Positions 48,098 to 60,864 of a stretch of 64,000 bases of DNA are shown here, in pieces. The notes beneath the pieces were generated by a model that made no database searches, was not told where the DNA came from, and saw nothing but the letters and a program-made list of their open reading frames with translations. Where the stretch lies: positions 23,436,001-23,500,000 of the forward strand of contig CM120646.1 in NCBI GenBank assembly GCA_051362555.1, in the 5' to 3' direction. The stretch comes from Lingula anatina (Eukaryota; Animalia; Brachiopoda). Position numbers and translations under genes: made by a program. Position 1 is the stretch's first letter. Each line of letters opens with the position of its first letter.

Positions 48098-50060
48098 TCA
48101 AACCACCTGAAATATATCAATACTCCCAGCATGGCCATCCAGGTAATTTTCGACTCTCTTAGTCTCCATCTTTCGCCAAAGCTTGTTTTTCTCGTGTATC
48201 CCCATCCACTCTGCCAGAGATTTCCCGGCATGCCCGCAACCCTGCACGTGAACGTCTCTTGTTGTTATGACCACAAATCCACCTAGAAATTTGACAGTAA
48301 CCATTTTATTTTTTTAGAGTAAATTACAGTTATAATGTAAAAATGTTAACTTAAAATATGTGGTCCAAACGAATGCAGTAGTTGTATGATGTGTTTGCAC
48401 TTAATGCAAACTACACTGTATTTTAGCGGGAATTAATTCAGGGATAGACAGAATTGCCAGCTCGAAAATGTGTTCATGTTATAAATCTTCAGCCTTAAGG
48501 CGTATACCTACACTCTTAAACAGCAATCCATCTTTTCCAAAGAAAAAAAGGAGTGCATTTTCCCATATATATTTGAAATCTAAAAGCATTTTCATCTCCA
48601 TGGTACCCACCTGGTTTGGTAATTCTAATGAGCTCCGGGAGACAACTGGCGTTAGCATGGCCAGGAACAATGGTACCAACTACCAACACACAGGAGTACG
48701 TGTCTTATCATGAAATGAAAACAGATTGAACAAATCTTAAATTACTTTTAATTCATAAACAAATGCTGATCTAACTGAGACATACCCTGTATCCTTTGGT
48801 GTGCAGATTGAGATTTCCGCTTTCTTTCCTTTAACTATATGTTAAAGAATGGGTTTTTATTGTATTAGACACACAAACTTCCTGCACTTTAACATCAGAA
48901 GTCATGGTGATAACAAAAATAACAGGGATATGAAGATAAAAACGCGATTTTTGATATACCTACCATTTGATATATCTAATCTATTTGTGCCAAGCAAATC
49001 ACAAATAGTCCTCTTGTAAACACCTTTCTGATTGGCTATATTAAGCATTTCCTGACTTCCATCAAGAGCATCGAGGTTAGTGAAGCCGAGATCGTGAAGC
49101 TGCAACGGGACAGAAGCATTACGTACGTCACAAAGAAATGGGACAATGGGACTTCGTGTGACGATATATTTTGACGCCACAACTGGTAATAAGATGAGAC
49201 CATAAATTTATAGGTTTTTGTCCAGCAACAAGGATAACAAGGGTAATGCGCGGTATGATAAACCAACAATAAAGTTATAAATCAAAGAAAAAGTGTTCAT
49301 TGTAAACCCTTGATAGCATTACATTTGCCCAGTGCAGTTACGTCTTTCTTTTATGGTGAAATACACTTCGATTTAAATGCTTCGTGTATTCAAAATAGGC
49401 CAGTTCCAGTTGTGAGGTGTGAAAAGCGATATCTTTGCCCACTTCCCTTTCCTGTAATTCCCCTAAGCATGGTAGTAACCATAGCAACACTGACCTCCTT
49501 CCCCACCAATCCTGTCCCAGCCCCTGCATCCAGTATCAGAGCATCCTTCTTGTTGCCTAGCAACTCATTAACTGCTCGCGCCACGTGGTTTGGTGCACTA
49601 TAGGAAAGTGTCTGAAAATGGTAATAAATCAATATTTCAATAAAAAAAATGAAACTTAAGGTGCATATTCTAGATTTGCTATTTTATTATCATCATGACA
49701 TCACTTGCTGTTTGAGTAGGTAATCATAAGGCATGCCTCCAATTTGTAAGCTGTAAAGAAGCTGGAGAATCCGTTCGTGTAGCAAACGGAAATTGTATAA
49801 CTACTTGCATTTTCCATTCAGTACATTTGTCAACAATTTGTAGCTTATCAGAAATACAAAAATTAACGGGAAATTGCAGATTATATTCCCTTTTGTAAAC
49901 CAGGTTTATGAAAATGGTAGTGAGTTGGAGGACAAGTATTACATACGGGTAGGATACATACATCAAATATTTCATCATAAACGTGCGCACAGGTCTTGTA
50001 ATCCTTCACCGTGTCTAGCTTCTTTATGACAGCCCAAGATTCGTCCTTGTTGATCGACAT
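48098..50060 (-). CDS. Class I SAM-dependent methyltransferase, METTL27/WBSCR27-like (about 209 aa, 5 coding exons)
   Basis: Exons 50060-49962, 49611-49495, 49099-48964, 48703-48611 and 48282-48098 splice in frame. Motif I ILDAGAGTGLVG, then LDALDGSQEML, GTIVPGH and ELIRITKPGGFVVI. Orthology is not established, so no symbol is given. Confidence 0.85.
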
Positions 50061-51017
50061 TGTAACAGCAAGTTATTGTTGTCTACCTGAAATGAAATAT
50101 GATATTATGAGATACATTTACTGAACATGCTATGACAAAAACATTAAATGCCGTTTGATATTGTCATGTTTACTTTAAACTCTTTGTTAAGAAACATGAA
50201 AAATTTGATAGTGGAAAATGTTTCATTTTAGTGTGTACTGGGTCGAAAAGTGTTTCTCCTTCTTTCTTAATGTAATTCAGCATCCTCCACCAAATTATGG
50301 TAATTTTTACGAAGTGATGGTACCGGTAACGTTTTCGACAACTTTCCATTCTTATCTTTTCATCAGTTTAATCACACACCCCTATTTGGTCATGGTGTGA
50401 TGGTTTGTGCTGTTACATAATTCATTATTTATTTTTCCATAACTTACCAAACTAAGCTATCCATCAAAGTATATTGTAATCGTCTAATAATTAATGCAAT
50501 AATTACAGATTTGCCATTACCTCCATATAACTACCATGATAACTACCATTAGCAGAGCAGTATGGTACAAATTGTTGTAATTGTCTAATTAGACAATGGT
50601 GTAGATATTATCGACCAAAGTTCACAACTTCCATTAATACAGATTTTCCATTACCTCCTCATAAAATAATCATAAGTAATCTTTGTTGTTGCTTTTCCAG
50701 TACTTTCCATTAGTCGCACAGTTTGAATCTTTTACTTGCAGTTGGTCTCATTGACATGTACAGTACATGTACGTTTCATCAGGCATGAAATGTGAATTTT
50801 ATTTCAGTAATGGTACAAAATTATATTAATATTTTTAACTTCATTACGGCACTTCTTTTATCGAATGATGCTTACAGTAAAAGTTTCTTTCTTAGTTCTT
50901 AAATATGTTCCTGTCTCACCTTTCTCTCCAGTGATTGAGTTGTTTTCTATTTTCATTGCGTCATCGTTACTGCCCCAATCATTCGTGGCATTACATGGAC
51001 AAGGACTGCGTTATATT

Positions 51018-51173
51018 CATGGGCGTCATCAGAAAATTTTCCAGGGGGGGGGGGTCAAAGTCATTGAGGGGGGAGATAATGATCGGCTGGGTACCCGCAA
51101 TTAACGTGCCCGCCAAAATTCCAGGGGGGGGGTCAAGTGATTCCATTGACCCCCCCACCCGCGGACGCCCATG
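51018..51173. mobile_element. hAT-like MITE
   Basis: TIR CATGGGCGTC/GACGCCCATG; the flanks GTTATATT and ATTCTATT resemble a decayed 8-bp target duplication. Confidence 0.6.
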
Positions 51174-52213
51174 ATTCTATTCCAGATTCCCCATCTTTAT
51201 TACTGTCAGCTGTTAATATGACTGTTTTGTTTATTGCCAACATTGCTCATAACACTGTTAAGAATAGATATTATTGATGTTTTAACAAATACTATTTACT
51301 GTGTAAAGGTTAAACCCGACCGATGAAAAAAGAAAATGAAAGCGCCCTTTCCATTCGGCGAAGAAAAGTTCAAATTGAAATGACCTACCTTTTCCGTCTG
51401 TGAGTGACAAGCAAATGCCGCATTTCTACGAGACAGCGCAGATACGTACAGGTGTGATCTTAACCTGTCACAACGCATTTAAATAATTTAATGTTCAGAC
51501 AAAATGACAGATTGGCAGTTGGACGTGAAGCCGTGACACGCACAGATGTGAAATAGAGCATGGCGGGAACTTATATAAATTGCTGGAACCATGATTGATG
51601 TCGAATAAAGGACTCGTCGCGCGCGAGCTAGGCTTTTGTGAGATACACAAATAAAAATATTCTGAAGGTCTCAGGAGATGATGAGTTTGACTTCTTCTTG
51701 CCCCCACGATCCCTGACCTCCCCCCCCCCCCCCTCTAAATCCGCCACTGCAGATCATCAATGTGTGGACCCTCCAGCCCCAAGGTCCCATTAGCATAGAT
51801 AATGGCAGTGCCCCCACGTCGGCTTCTAAAAAATCCCACTAATAGTCCACTCTTGGAATAAGAATTCCAAACTAGCTGATTTATAGGCCTTAACCGTTCC
51901 AAATGCCACTGCTTGCTCTCCAAGGTCCCATTCAGAATAGGGAACTTAGTAGTCCGAGGGTCAAATATGGCCGCCCCATTTGAACAGGCCTACTTCCCCA
52001 AGGGATATCTATTCAGTGTCTATTATCGGATTAGATGGCAAGCTTTGTAGTGATATAGCCATATTTGACCCTGGGAGTAGTAACTCCCCTATTCTGAATG
52101 GGGTCCAAAGCATGTCATTCCTGAAAAATCGGACCCCTCCCCCCCTTCAAAGAATCCTGTATCCGCCCCTGATCTGGAAGCTTAATCTTTTTATTATTAT
52201 TATTATTATTTAA

Positions 52214-52390
52214 GCCCCTTTACACTGGTCGGCGTCCTTTCTGCGTTCCGAAGTAAGGTCCGTTTGACAGAAAAAAAATCATTATACTTGAGCATTCATT
52301 TTGCTTGTGCCTCCTTTCAACGACCACGGCGTTGCCAGCTTCATGGTCACACAAAGGATGAAGAAAGGACGACGTCCAGTGTAAAGGGGG
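52214..52390. mobile_element. MITE
   Basis: Inverted ends CCCCTTTACACTGGTCGGCGTCCTT and AAGGACGACGTCCAGTGTAAAGGGG. Confidence 0.6.
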
Positions 52391-52877
52391 TCACCGTACA
52401 CAACTGAGCTGAGGTAAGTGAGAATTTAGCATTCATCTTGAGTAGGCCCTTTCTGCAACACCACGTAGTTGGGCGCTGTCAAAATCAGCCACAAGGACCC
52501 CACCCCACTTCAAGATTCCAATTGTGATATGGGCCTATTAGAGACCATTCCCAGAGACTATCGTAGGCCTACAAACTTTCGAACGAACTATCTCTGAGGG
52601 GATTCCAGCTTAATTGCAATTAACCTGGGCGGCTTAGATGTCTGTCACGCCTGCTGAGGCTGATAGGGGGTAATTAAATATCGTTTAGCAGCTTTAGTGG
52701 GCGTCCCAGACGTCTAAGCCGCTTGGGCTGAAGCTTGGGTTGGAAACCCAGTCTTAGGGTGCATTCCCAGAGATTTAGATCGATCCAGAGATTAAGATTT
52801 AGATCGACCTAACTCCCTGGGGGTTCACGCTAAATTGCAGTCAGCCGAGCGCGCACCATAGTTAATTAGCCCCTTAC

Positions 52878-52930
<53 letters not shown>

Positions 52931-53183
52931 GCGGGACAGACGCTTAAGCTGGTTAAACTGACAGTAATTTAGTAATACTCCTCACAGGGATAGATCGATC
53001 TAAAATCTATGGGAATGGGGTCTTATACTATTGTTGAATATCCAACCAACACAAAAACAATTGATCTGAGGAGGTTCTGCCAATTTTTTATTTATTTTTT
53101 ATTTTTTTATTATATATATATATATACAACAGGGATCTCTTTTAGGACCTGACAATGTGAAAAAGCACGGGCTATCATAGGAC

Positions 53184-53255
53184 AAAAATATAGCAGTATG
53201 GAACCCGGGGCCTCACACATGCGAAGCGTGCACTCTACCTCCGAGCTACATTCCC
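53184..53255 (-). pseudogene. tRNA-Ala(CGC)-derived pseudogene or SINE head
   Basis: Minus strand reads GGGAATGTAGCTCGGAGGTAGAGTGCACGCTTCGCATGTGTGAGGCCCCGGGTTCCATAC. It has a tRNA-Ala-like 5' half, a CGC anticodon loop and an A box. The 3' side of the T-arm and the acceptor 3' strand do not pair. Confidence 0.6.
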
Positions 53256-53601
53256 GACATCTATATTAATTAAATTTGGAGTGCAAAATTCAGGGATTCA
53301 AAATAACAATAGGCCTACTAATTAAGTAGACCTAGGCTACATATGTAGGCCAACTAATAAGTTAAAAATTCAGTATTTTCAGGTTAAAGATCCGATAGAC
53401 CTATTAAGCTAGCTTCTAAGATCCCATTCCAGACAAATATTGGTCTTAGAATTTATATATCTTTGAGGGCGAATTTCGAAGCTTTGCATGAATTTCTATC
53501 AACTGTTCACCAAGCCATTCTCTGACGCACGGCGAAGTGCCTGCCATTGCGTTTGTTGAGCTCTCTTTGAGTGCGTTCCATTGATCATGTGACTGTTCAA
53601 A

Positions 53602-56600
53602 ATGGCGACGGCCAGAGAGCTGTTGTGTTTGGCCTTTTTTGTAAACATTCTAATAATCGGGGTGGACGGTCAACTAGAAGAAGGCACTCACGATTTTCTA
53701 GCATTTCCAGCGATTACAGATTACCAGAAAGGGTTTGATTTTGTCAATGATGTCGAATATGCATGGTCACAGAATGAAATCAGTTCGAGAACCGCTTTTC
53801 ATAATTTCTTAAAGAAGAAATATGGCCACATTTCCGCGCAAGCTCGCCGAAGATTAATAGGAGACGCCAACATTCAAGAACGTGTTAGAAAACACAACTT
53901 TCAACACAGTGTGAGCCTGACACACGGCCCAGGAAACGCAGCAGAACCTTTTAAACTGAGTACAGTGAACGGTTGGATGAAAGACGAGGTCCTCGTGTAC
54001 CCTTCTCCGCTCTTCCACAACTCGTCAATCCTTTTCCATGCCTTTAATCCACATTCGGGCTTTCTGGACGCTTTGTGGAATAGCAACGACTCCTTGGCGT
54101 CCGCCATGTCCATGCTGAATTCCACCCCTGTTAATGTCCACTATGTGTTCCTGGCACAGGAAGGGGACGCTTTAAGCATGGCGGGACTGTTGATTAAAGC
54201 TGCTCATGCTGTAAAAAGGTCAGTCTGGGTAAAATACTTAAAACCAAAGATTGCTGGTTTTATCCCATTTTCATCATTTGTTTAAGAGAAGTACATGCAC
54301 CATGGTATTTACAAAATGTGATGATTAGATTAAATAGTCTGATATTTAGAGTTACGAGTTACACGGCAGTACAGCTAGTGTACTGCATGGTAGCCAGGAT
54401 ATTATTAGCAAAATATTTATGCCAGAGGTACAGGGATTGCTTAAGAAGATTAAAATTAGTAAGATGGACAAAATTAATTGTGAATGGTCCCATATACTCC
54501 TTTTGTTGAATATATACTTATGTTATGCATTATCTCCAGACCAGAGCTGTTATCCAACCTTCATTTTGCCTTGCACCCAGTGTACAAGCTAGGCAACTGG
54601 ATCCCTGGGTTACTGAAAGAATGGCAGTGTCAGGACCACGGATGTGGACTGGATCAACTGGTACTGGATGACAAAGGTAACATTTGGCTGGAATTGTGTG
54701 TACACAGTGGCAGATTTAGGGGGGGGGGTCAGGGGGGTTCTGACCCCCACTTTTGATTTCTGAAAAAAATCACACCAATGGTCCCCTCTTGAAATTAGAA
54801 TTTTGACTAGCTGAATCATAGTTCGAAAAAGATTAAAATTTTGGTGGGAGCCCTTCACTTGGTCCCGAACCCCACGCCAACCTTAATTAGTTTCTTTTTC
54901 TTCTTTGACATATTTATCAGAGGTGATGGAAATCCTTATTCACTGCAATAAGTATGTTGTTGAACAGCAGTATGTGATTTGATGGAAATCATGAAATTTG
55001 TGCAAATTTCATTATGTGAAAAGATTCAAACTGTGCAGCACGTTGATAAAGATTAAACTTTGATATAATTCGTTCATCATCTCTTTAGTTAGCGTCCCTG
55101 AGGTTCTGATGCGTCTGGATGCTCACTATGACTGGCTACCATCCCCAGTGTCAGTGTTTGGTAACAAGAGCATGCCAGTGAGATCCATGCTTGGCCTTGG
55201 TAATGGCTGCAGGAAGGAGCCATCAGTGAAAGGAATGCTGGCCTATGTCCTAGATGGGAGTGATTGTTCTTATTTTGATAAGGTGTGTTTGTGGTGAACA
55301 CCAAGCCACAGGCTGAAATGTTTAGCAATTTTAAAGATAAACTCCTTTTTGAAAATTAATTTATAATTATTATTATTATTATTATTATTATTAAATTCTA
55401 AATGTTAATGTTGGGTTAGCTTGTTTGGCAGGTTGTCATTATTAAATATATATATGTATATATATATATTATTTTTTTATATCATATTATATTATATTTA
55501 TTTTATATTATATCCACGCCATTTTTTTTTGTTATTGATTATCATGCAAGATTGTCCTATAAGGACCATAAAGTTGACATCTAGTATCTTATTTGACATA
55601 AATGAAAAACACAATTTAATAATACAAAACATATATATATATACTATGTCCTGTATGTCTCTAGATCAGCAGTATGGAGGCGTCAGGTGCAGCAGGTGTG
55701 ATAGTGCAGACACAACCTAACAACTCTGTGTTTGATAATGTAAAACATATATATATAACATGTATATAACATCCTGTGTATATCTCCAGATCAGCAGCAT
55801 GGAGGCGTCAGGTGCAGCAGGTGTGATAGTGCAGACACAACCTAACAACTCTGTGTTTGATAATGTAAAACATATATATATAACATGTATATAACATCCT
55901 GTGTATATCTCCAGATCAGCAGTATGGAGGCATCAGGTGCAGTAGGTGTGATAGTTCAGGCACAACCTAACAACTCTGTGTTTGACATGAAGTGTGTAGG
56001 GAAGCAGTGTGATGTACAAATCAGTATACCTGCCACTGTGGTCAGAACTGACAATACCAGACTGATGAACAGGTGATAATAAATGAAAATATTATTATCC
56101 AACACAAGCCGAAAAACTTTCATACTGTTAGCTTACGGCCAACCGGGATGTAGGCCTTCATCAGACTGATGTGAGTAGATGTTGACACTAAGCTAATGGT
56201 ATGAAAGTTTTTTTCGGCTTGTGTTTGATAATTTTCATTTATGGTCCAACTACCAAGCTAATGAACATTTTTGCTCACTGATAAACAGGTGAAGCCATAC
56301 CTAGAGTTTGTGAAATTATAATGCAGCATTTTTACCTTTTCACAGAGTAGTAGGTGGTTTAATAAAAGAGACCATTGGAAGAGAAGCTTTAATTTGCTTC
56401 TCTACTACAGCACTTTAGATATATTTCTGGTTGTTATCTCCAATTGGGTATTGTGACTACTACCGTTGTATATAGTAGGATAAATGATTACAATTGAGGA
56501 TGTATCAATTTAATAACATATATAGATTAATAAGTACATGTACGATGTAAAGCATTTAGGAAGGAATAGCATTTGGTCCTAGGATATTTATTACCAGCAA

Positions 56601-56862
56601 AACAATGAAAATATGTACAGGACTGGTATGTTATTTTAAATTATTTTAATTGAAGTTAACAACTGGACATATTGTAAGATATTGTCTTAATATTTCCAGG
56701 TTGAAATTGGGGACTGTCATGGCATCCTTCCAGAACACACCAAGTGATAACTTCTATGTGGGAATTGACACCAGGGGGCTCCTGGCAGAGACAGGCTGGT
56801 TCCTCTACCCGTCCCTGCAGTTTCTGGCTTGGCAGGCACAGTGGTATCTCTCTCTCTCCCCT

Positions 56863-56914
<52 letters not shown>

Positions 56915-58028
56915 CAACAGTAGTCAAAAAGTGTAGTTGGCAAAGCATTTCATAGGAGCTGTATATTGCTGTTGTACATGTACTGTATATGCAGATTCTG
57001 ATAAAACAATGAAGCAAGTTGATACAAAAATTTGATGAAATGCCTGTAGCAACATTAATTTGTTTTATCAGTTTTATGTAACACAGTTCTTACTGCCACA
57101 GGTTTATGTAAAGTGACACTGTTGTCAATATTTTTATGGATTTGAATACAGCTGACAATGTAGCACTTGTACTGTTGTTACAGGTTCTCATACAGACAGT
57201 CTCTAGATGAAAAACTCTCTCGTCCATGTACTGTAATTCCTGTATTCAACTACACCCGTATGCAGGGGGCCAAGGGAGCCGTAGCAACTGTCAAGTTACC
57301 CAACATCAGTGGTCAGTTATGACGTACATGTGTGGTGCCTAATGTAAAATTATTAATTAAGTGTGAAATGTGTTGTATCAGTTTTGGATAATCCTTGGCA
57401 GTTTTATGCAGTGTAATGTATTTTTTTTACCCTGTAGTAAATTTATTTGACTGTTGACGTTTTGCTCAAAGCATAATTCATATTAACCATAGATATTATA
57501 CAATTAAATCTCTACCAAAATTTGAAACATGCTGCCCCCAAAAAAGTTCAACAGGGTCATTCAAATTTACATTTTTTTCAGCAATCGTATTTATCATATA
57601 TTGACTGATATATTGGGTCTAAAAAAAGAATAAAGATGTGTGTACATATTATGTAAACTACAGGCTGATGACCTTTATAAATGTATACAGTATAGATATT
57701 TATCTCTTAATTATATCTCTTTCACCAGTAGCTTATTTTACTCTATTTAACGTCTGTGTATCACAGAGCTGCGCCAGTATAGCAGGATAGAACTGGACAT
57801 GTCTCTGTCATGTCCGGGGACACGGGACGTGGACTGCGCTCACTGGGACCACACCGTCCAGTTATATGTCTGCTGTAATACCACAGATCAACAGCTGTGT
57901 AATGCTGAGCTGGGACGTTGGATTAGCCCTTTCAGGAGGTATGGCTAGAGAGACAGGCTTGTGGTGTCATGATTTCTTCATGTAGGAGATTCCTCAGTGA
58001 GAAAAATATAATATAGACAGACAGACAG

Positions 58029-58076
<48 letters not shown>

Positions 58077-60154
58077 GGGGAGAGGAGAGCTTGGCCTGGG
58101 TGATATGGATATGTAGAAGAAACAAATTATTTTTTTACAAAAGCAGAGAGACATAAGTATGACAAAGATTCATTGCCAGACAAAGTAAATTGCAAAATTG
58201 TCATGATAATTGGTTCATTAATTTTTGTAAGTTAACATATTGCTATTAATGTAGAATAATTAACTGCACATTAAATTAACTGGAAGTTCTTCATTTTAAT
58301 GCTTAACTTTCAAGACAGTGCTACAATATACCTTCAGAGATTTCATTCCATCACAGAGTTTCAATCCCTTGTTTGATTCCATCTCCCTTATTTGCTTTCA
58401 CTATTTTATTAATATCTATACCTCAGACGTATTGGTCGCTGGCTGACAGATGTGTCCAGTCTCCGCCCCCTGCTTGAGTCCAGCAATGGTCAGTGTACCT
58501 TAACCATGAAGACTGCCCCCTGGGCCCTGCCATGGATGCCTTCATTGAACCTCAGACTGTGTAGAAATAAAGGTAAGTCCTCAGAGACCTGTCATATTAG
58601 ATGTCCATATAACTTGAAAATATGAGAGGGAATCTATATAAGTTTATAATGGGATATAGGGCAGTGCGATGTTCTAAGTACTGGTGCCATATGCATGTAC
58701 TGTTATGATATACAAGCACCAGTAAGTCTATCCTTCATTTTAAATCATCATTTAAATATGCCAACATAACAGCATTTTTTAAAATGATTTATTTTCTGGG
58801 CAATGTTATGGGGAAAATGACAGTACGAGTAAAGTTGTTTCCAAAATCTTTTGGAATGTTTGATCATCCATTTTCATTACAGATGAGATTCCAGCTCCAT
58901 CTACAGTTCAGCCATTATGGTCGCCAGGGGCAACCTTTGATAAAAACTACAATAAGCACTTTCAGTCTATTTCATTTAATGTTCAGAATAATGTGAAGAA
59001 GGTGGGTTGAGTATCATATTTAAAAGAACAGTAATTCTTCACTCCTGATTAGTAATGTTAAATAATGTTATCTAATGTTAATGTTATTATGGTAGCTGAG
59101 ATTATTTTTCATAATTTTGATAGCTGTGCCTTCCTTTAAGTATTATCATGAAATCTTTAAAACATTTGAGAAACCATATTAGATTGTTTAAAATATATAT
59201 ATATATATATATTTTTTTTTGGGGGGGGGGGGTTGAAAACACAAAAAGAATAGATGTATTTTAATGTTTTTGAATATACTAGTATAGTGTTTTACAGTAA
59301 AAAAAAAAAACTAGATAGGAACATACTGGGGGTATCTAAGTTCTTGGTTATATGCATCTTTTCAGCATTGGTACTTTTTCTCTCCTATAGGTGGAGCTGG
59401 TGTCAGTGATCACAGGGCACGGGAGTGATGAGAATGGTTGTGGAGAGTTTTGTCCGACATCGCACCACTTTGTTGTCAACGGGAAAACTTACATCAGAAC
59501 ATTTGACACTGCGGGTAACTGTAGATTTCAGACTAAAATAGGTGTTTTAATCATGTTTAGTATAGCTCCATATCTTACTTACATAGTATATTCACTTATG
59601 AACTACATTTTCTAACCTAACTTTAGAACAAACAGATATATATATACTTGTAGGATTACATGTAGTATACAAAAAATATAATTGGCTTATGCCAGTACAT
59701 TTCTATGAATTGTATACTATCTTCATGTTATGATAAGCTGGGGACATTCATTTGGATTCCCCTGCTTTTATTTTATACACATACTTGGTTCAGTCTTTTA
59801 AAAATGCTTGACAACTTGTTTGCCTGATATTTACCAAGTACATGTAAAATACACTGAGTACTGTACTTTCTTCATTTGTCAGGTCAGTGTGTGTGTGTGT
59901 ATATGTGTGTGTGTCACAGTGTGTGCACGTGCGCACGCATGTGTGTGTGTGAGTGTGTGTGTGAGTGTGTGTAAAACCTGTAACAGTAGCACAGTCATAC
60001 TAACCTGTATGGTACACCTCAGGTCACTATATTTGCAGGGACCCCCTTGGGGTGTGCAGACAGAGTCCCCCAGGGGGTCACCCCCAATGAACATGGCACC
60101 TGGCTGTATGGCAGAGATGGCTGGTGTGACGGACAGCAAGTGGATCCTTGGGTA

Positions 60155-60207
<53 letters not shown>

Positions 60208-60864
60208 TCTAATATGAAATACCTTTAAGCTAGGACAGAAGATAGATTTTGGGTCCTAGCTTTATATGACTTTATATCCTACACTGGTCAAATGTTTGTA
60301 GCTACATGTACATGTACTTTCATAACAGTCTTGTAAGGCCTAATGGTTCCCTTCAAGTTCACATGCAGTGTTTCATTATTTTGTTAAGAACGAGTTGAAC
60401 CATAATGCAGACTTCCTACTATATATAAGCCCTGCCCTATCAATACTCTGTTACTATTACCAGAAGAGTTTATAGTGGTGAGATGGCAGTGTGTTAGTGG
60501 TTGTAGATATAATACTACACAAGTCTTGTCCTATCAATACTCTGTTACTATTACCAGAAGACTTTATAGTGGTGAGATGGCAGTGTGTTAGTGGTTGCAT
60601 ACTAGTGGTAGAGAGGTCAATATTTAAGACCTCAGTGAGGTTACTCCACTATTATGGGGAGCAGACTAAGTCACTTGCCTTCAATTCTTAGACCCTGTCT
60701 GGCATTCTGATACTTTCCTTCAGGTCATAGATGTAACCAGTGCAGTGAAGGTGGGACAAGTGAACACAGTCTCTTACTATGGCTGGTATAAAGGAAGAGA
60801 CCCCAACCCACAACACAACCCTGGGGTAATGATATTCTACTCATATCTGGTGACATATACTTAG
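53602..60864 (+). CDS. Secreted protein with PA (protease-associated) domain and peptide-N-glycosidase F (PNGase F)-like N- and C-terminal domains; 12 exons
   Basis: Signal-peptide-like MATARELLCLAFFVNILIIGVDG. Exons 53602-54218, 54540-54676, 55089-55282, 55915-56072, 56700-56843, 57184-57311, 57767-57938, 58427-58572, 58883-59001, 59391-59514, 60039-60151 and 60724-60864 splice in frame. PA motif CSYFDK...SGAVGVIV. PNGase F-like motifs CAHWDH, ELGRWISPF, WLTDVS, ITGHG...CGEFC and GTWLYGRDGWCDG. Confidence 0.85.
55625..55990 (+). repeat. About 125-bp tandem triplication covering the acceptor and first 70 nt of exon 4 of the PNGase F-like gene
   Basis: AG|ATCAGCAG(T/C)ATGGAGGC...GTGTTTGA starts at about 55666, 55790 and 55915. 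Only the third copy continues into the full exon. Confidence 0.9.
60435..60600. repeat. About 94-bp intronic tandem duplication
   Basis: CCTATCAATACTCTGTTACTATTACCAGAAGA.TTTATAGTGGTGAGATGGCAGTGTGTTAGTGGTTG occurs twice. Confidence 0.85.
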
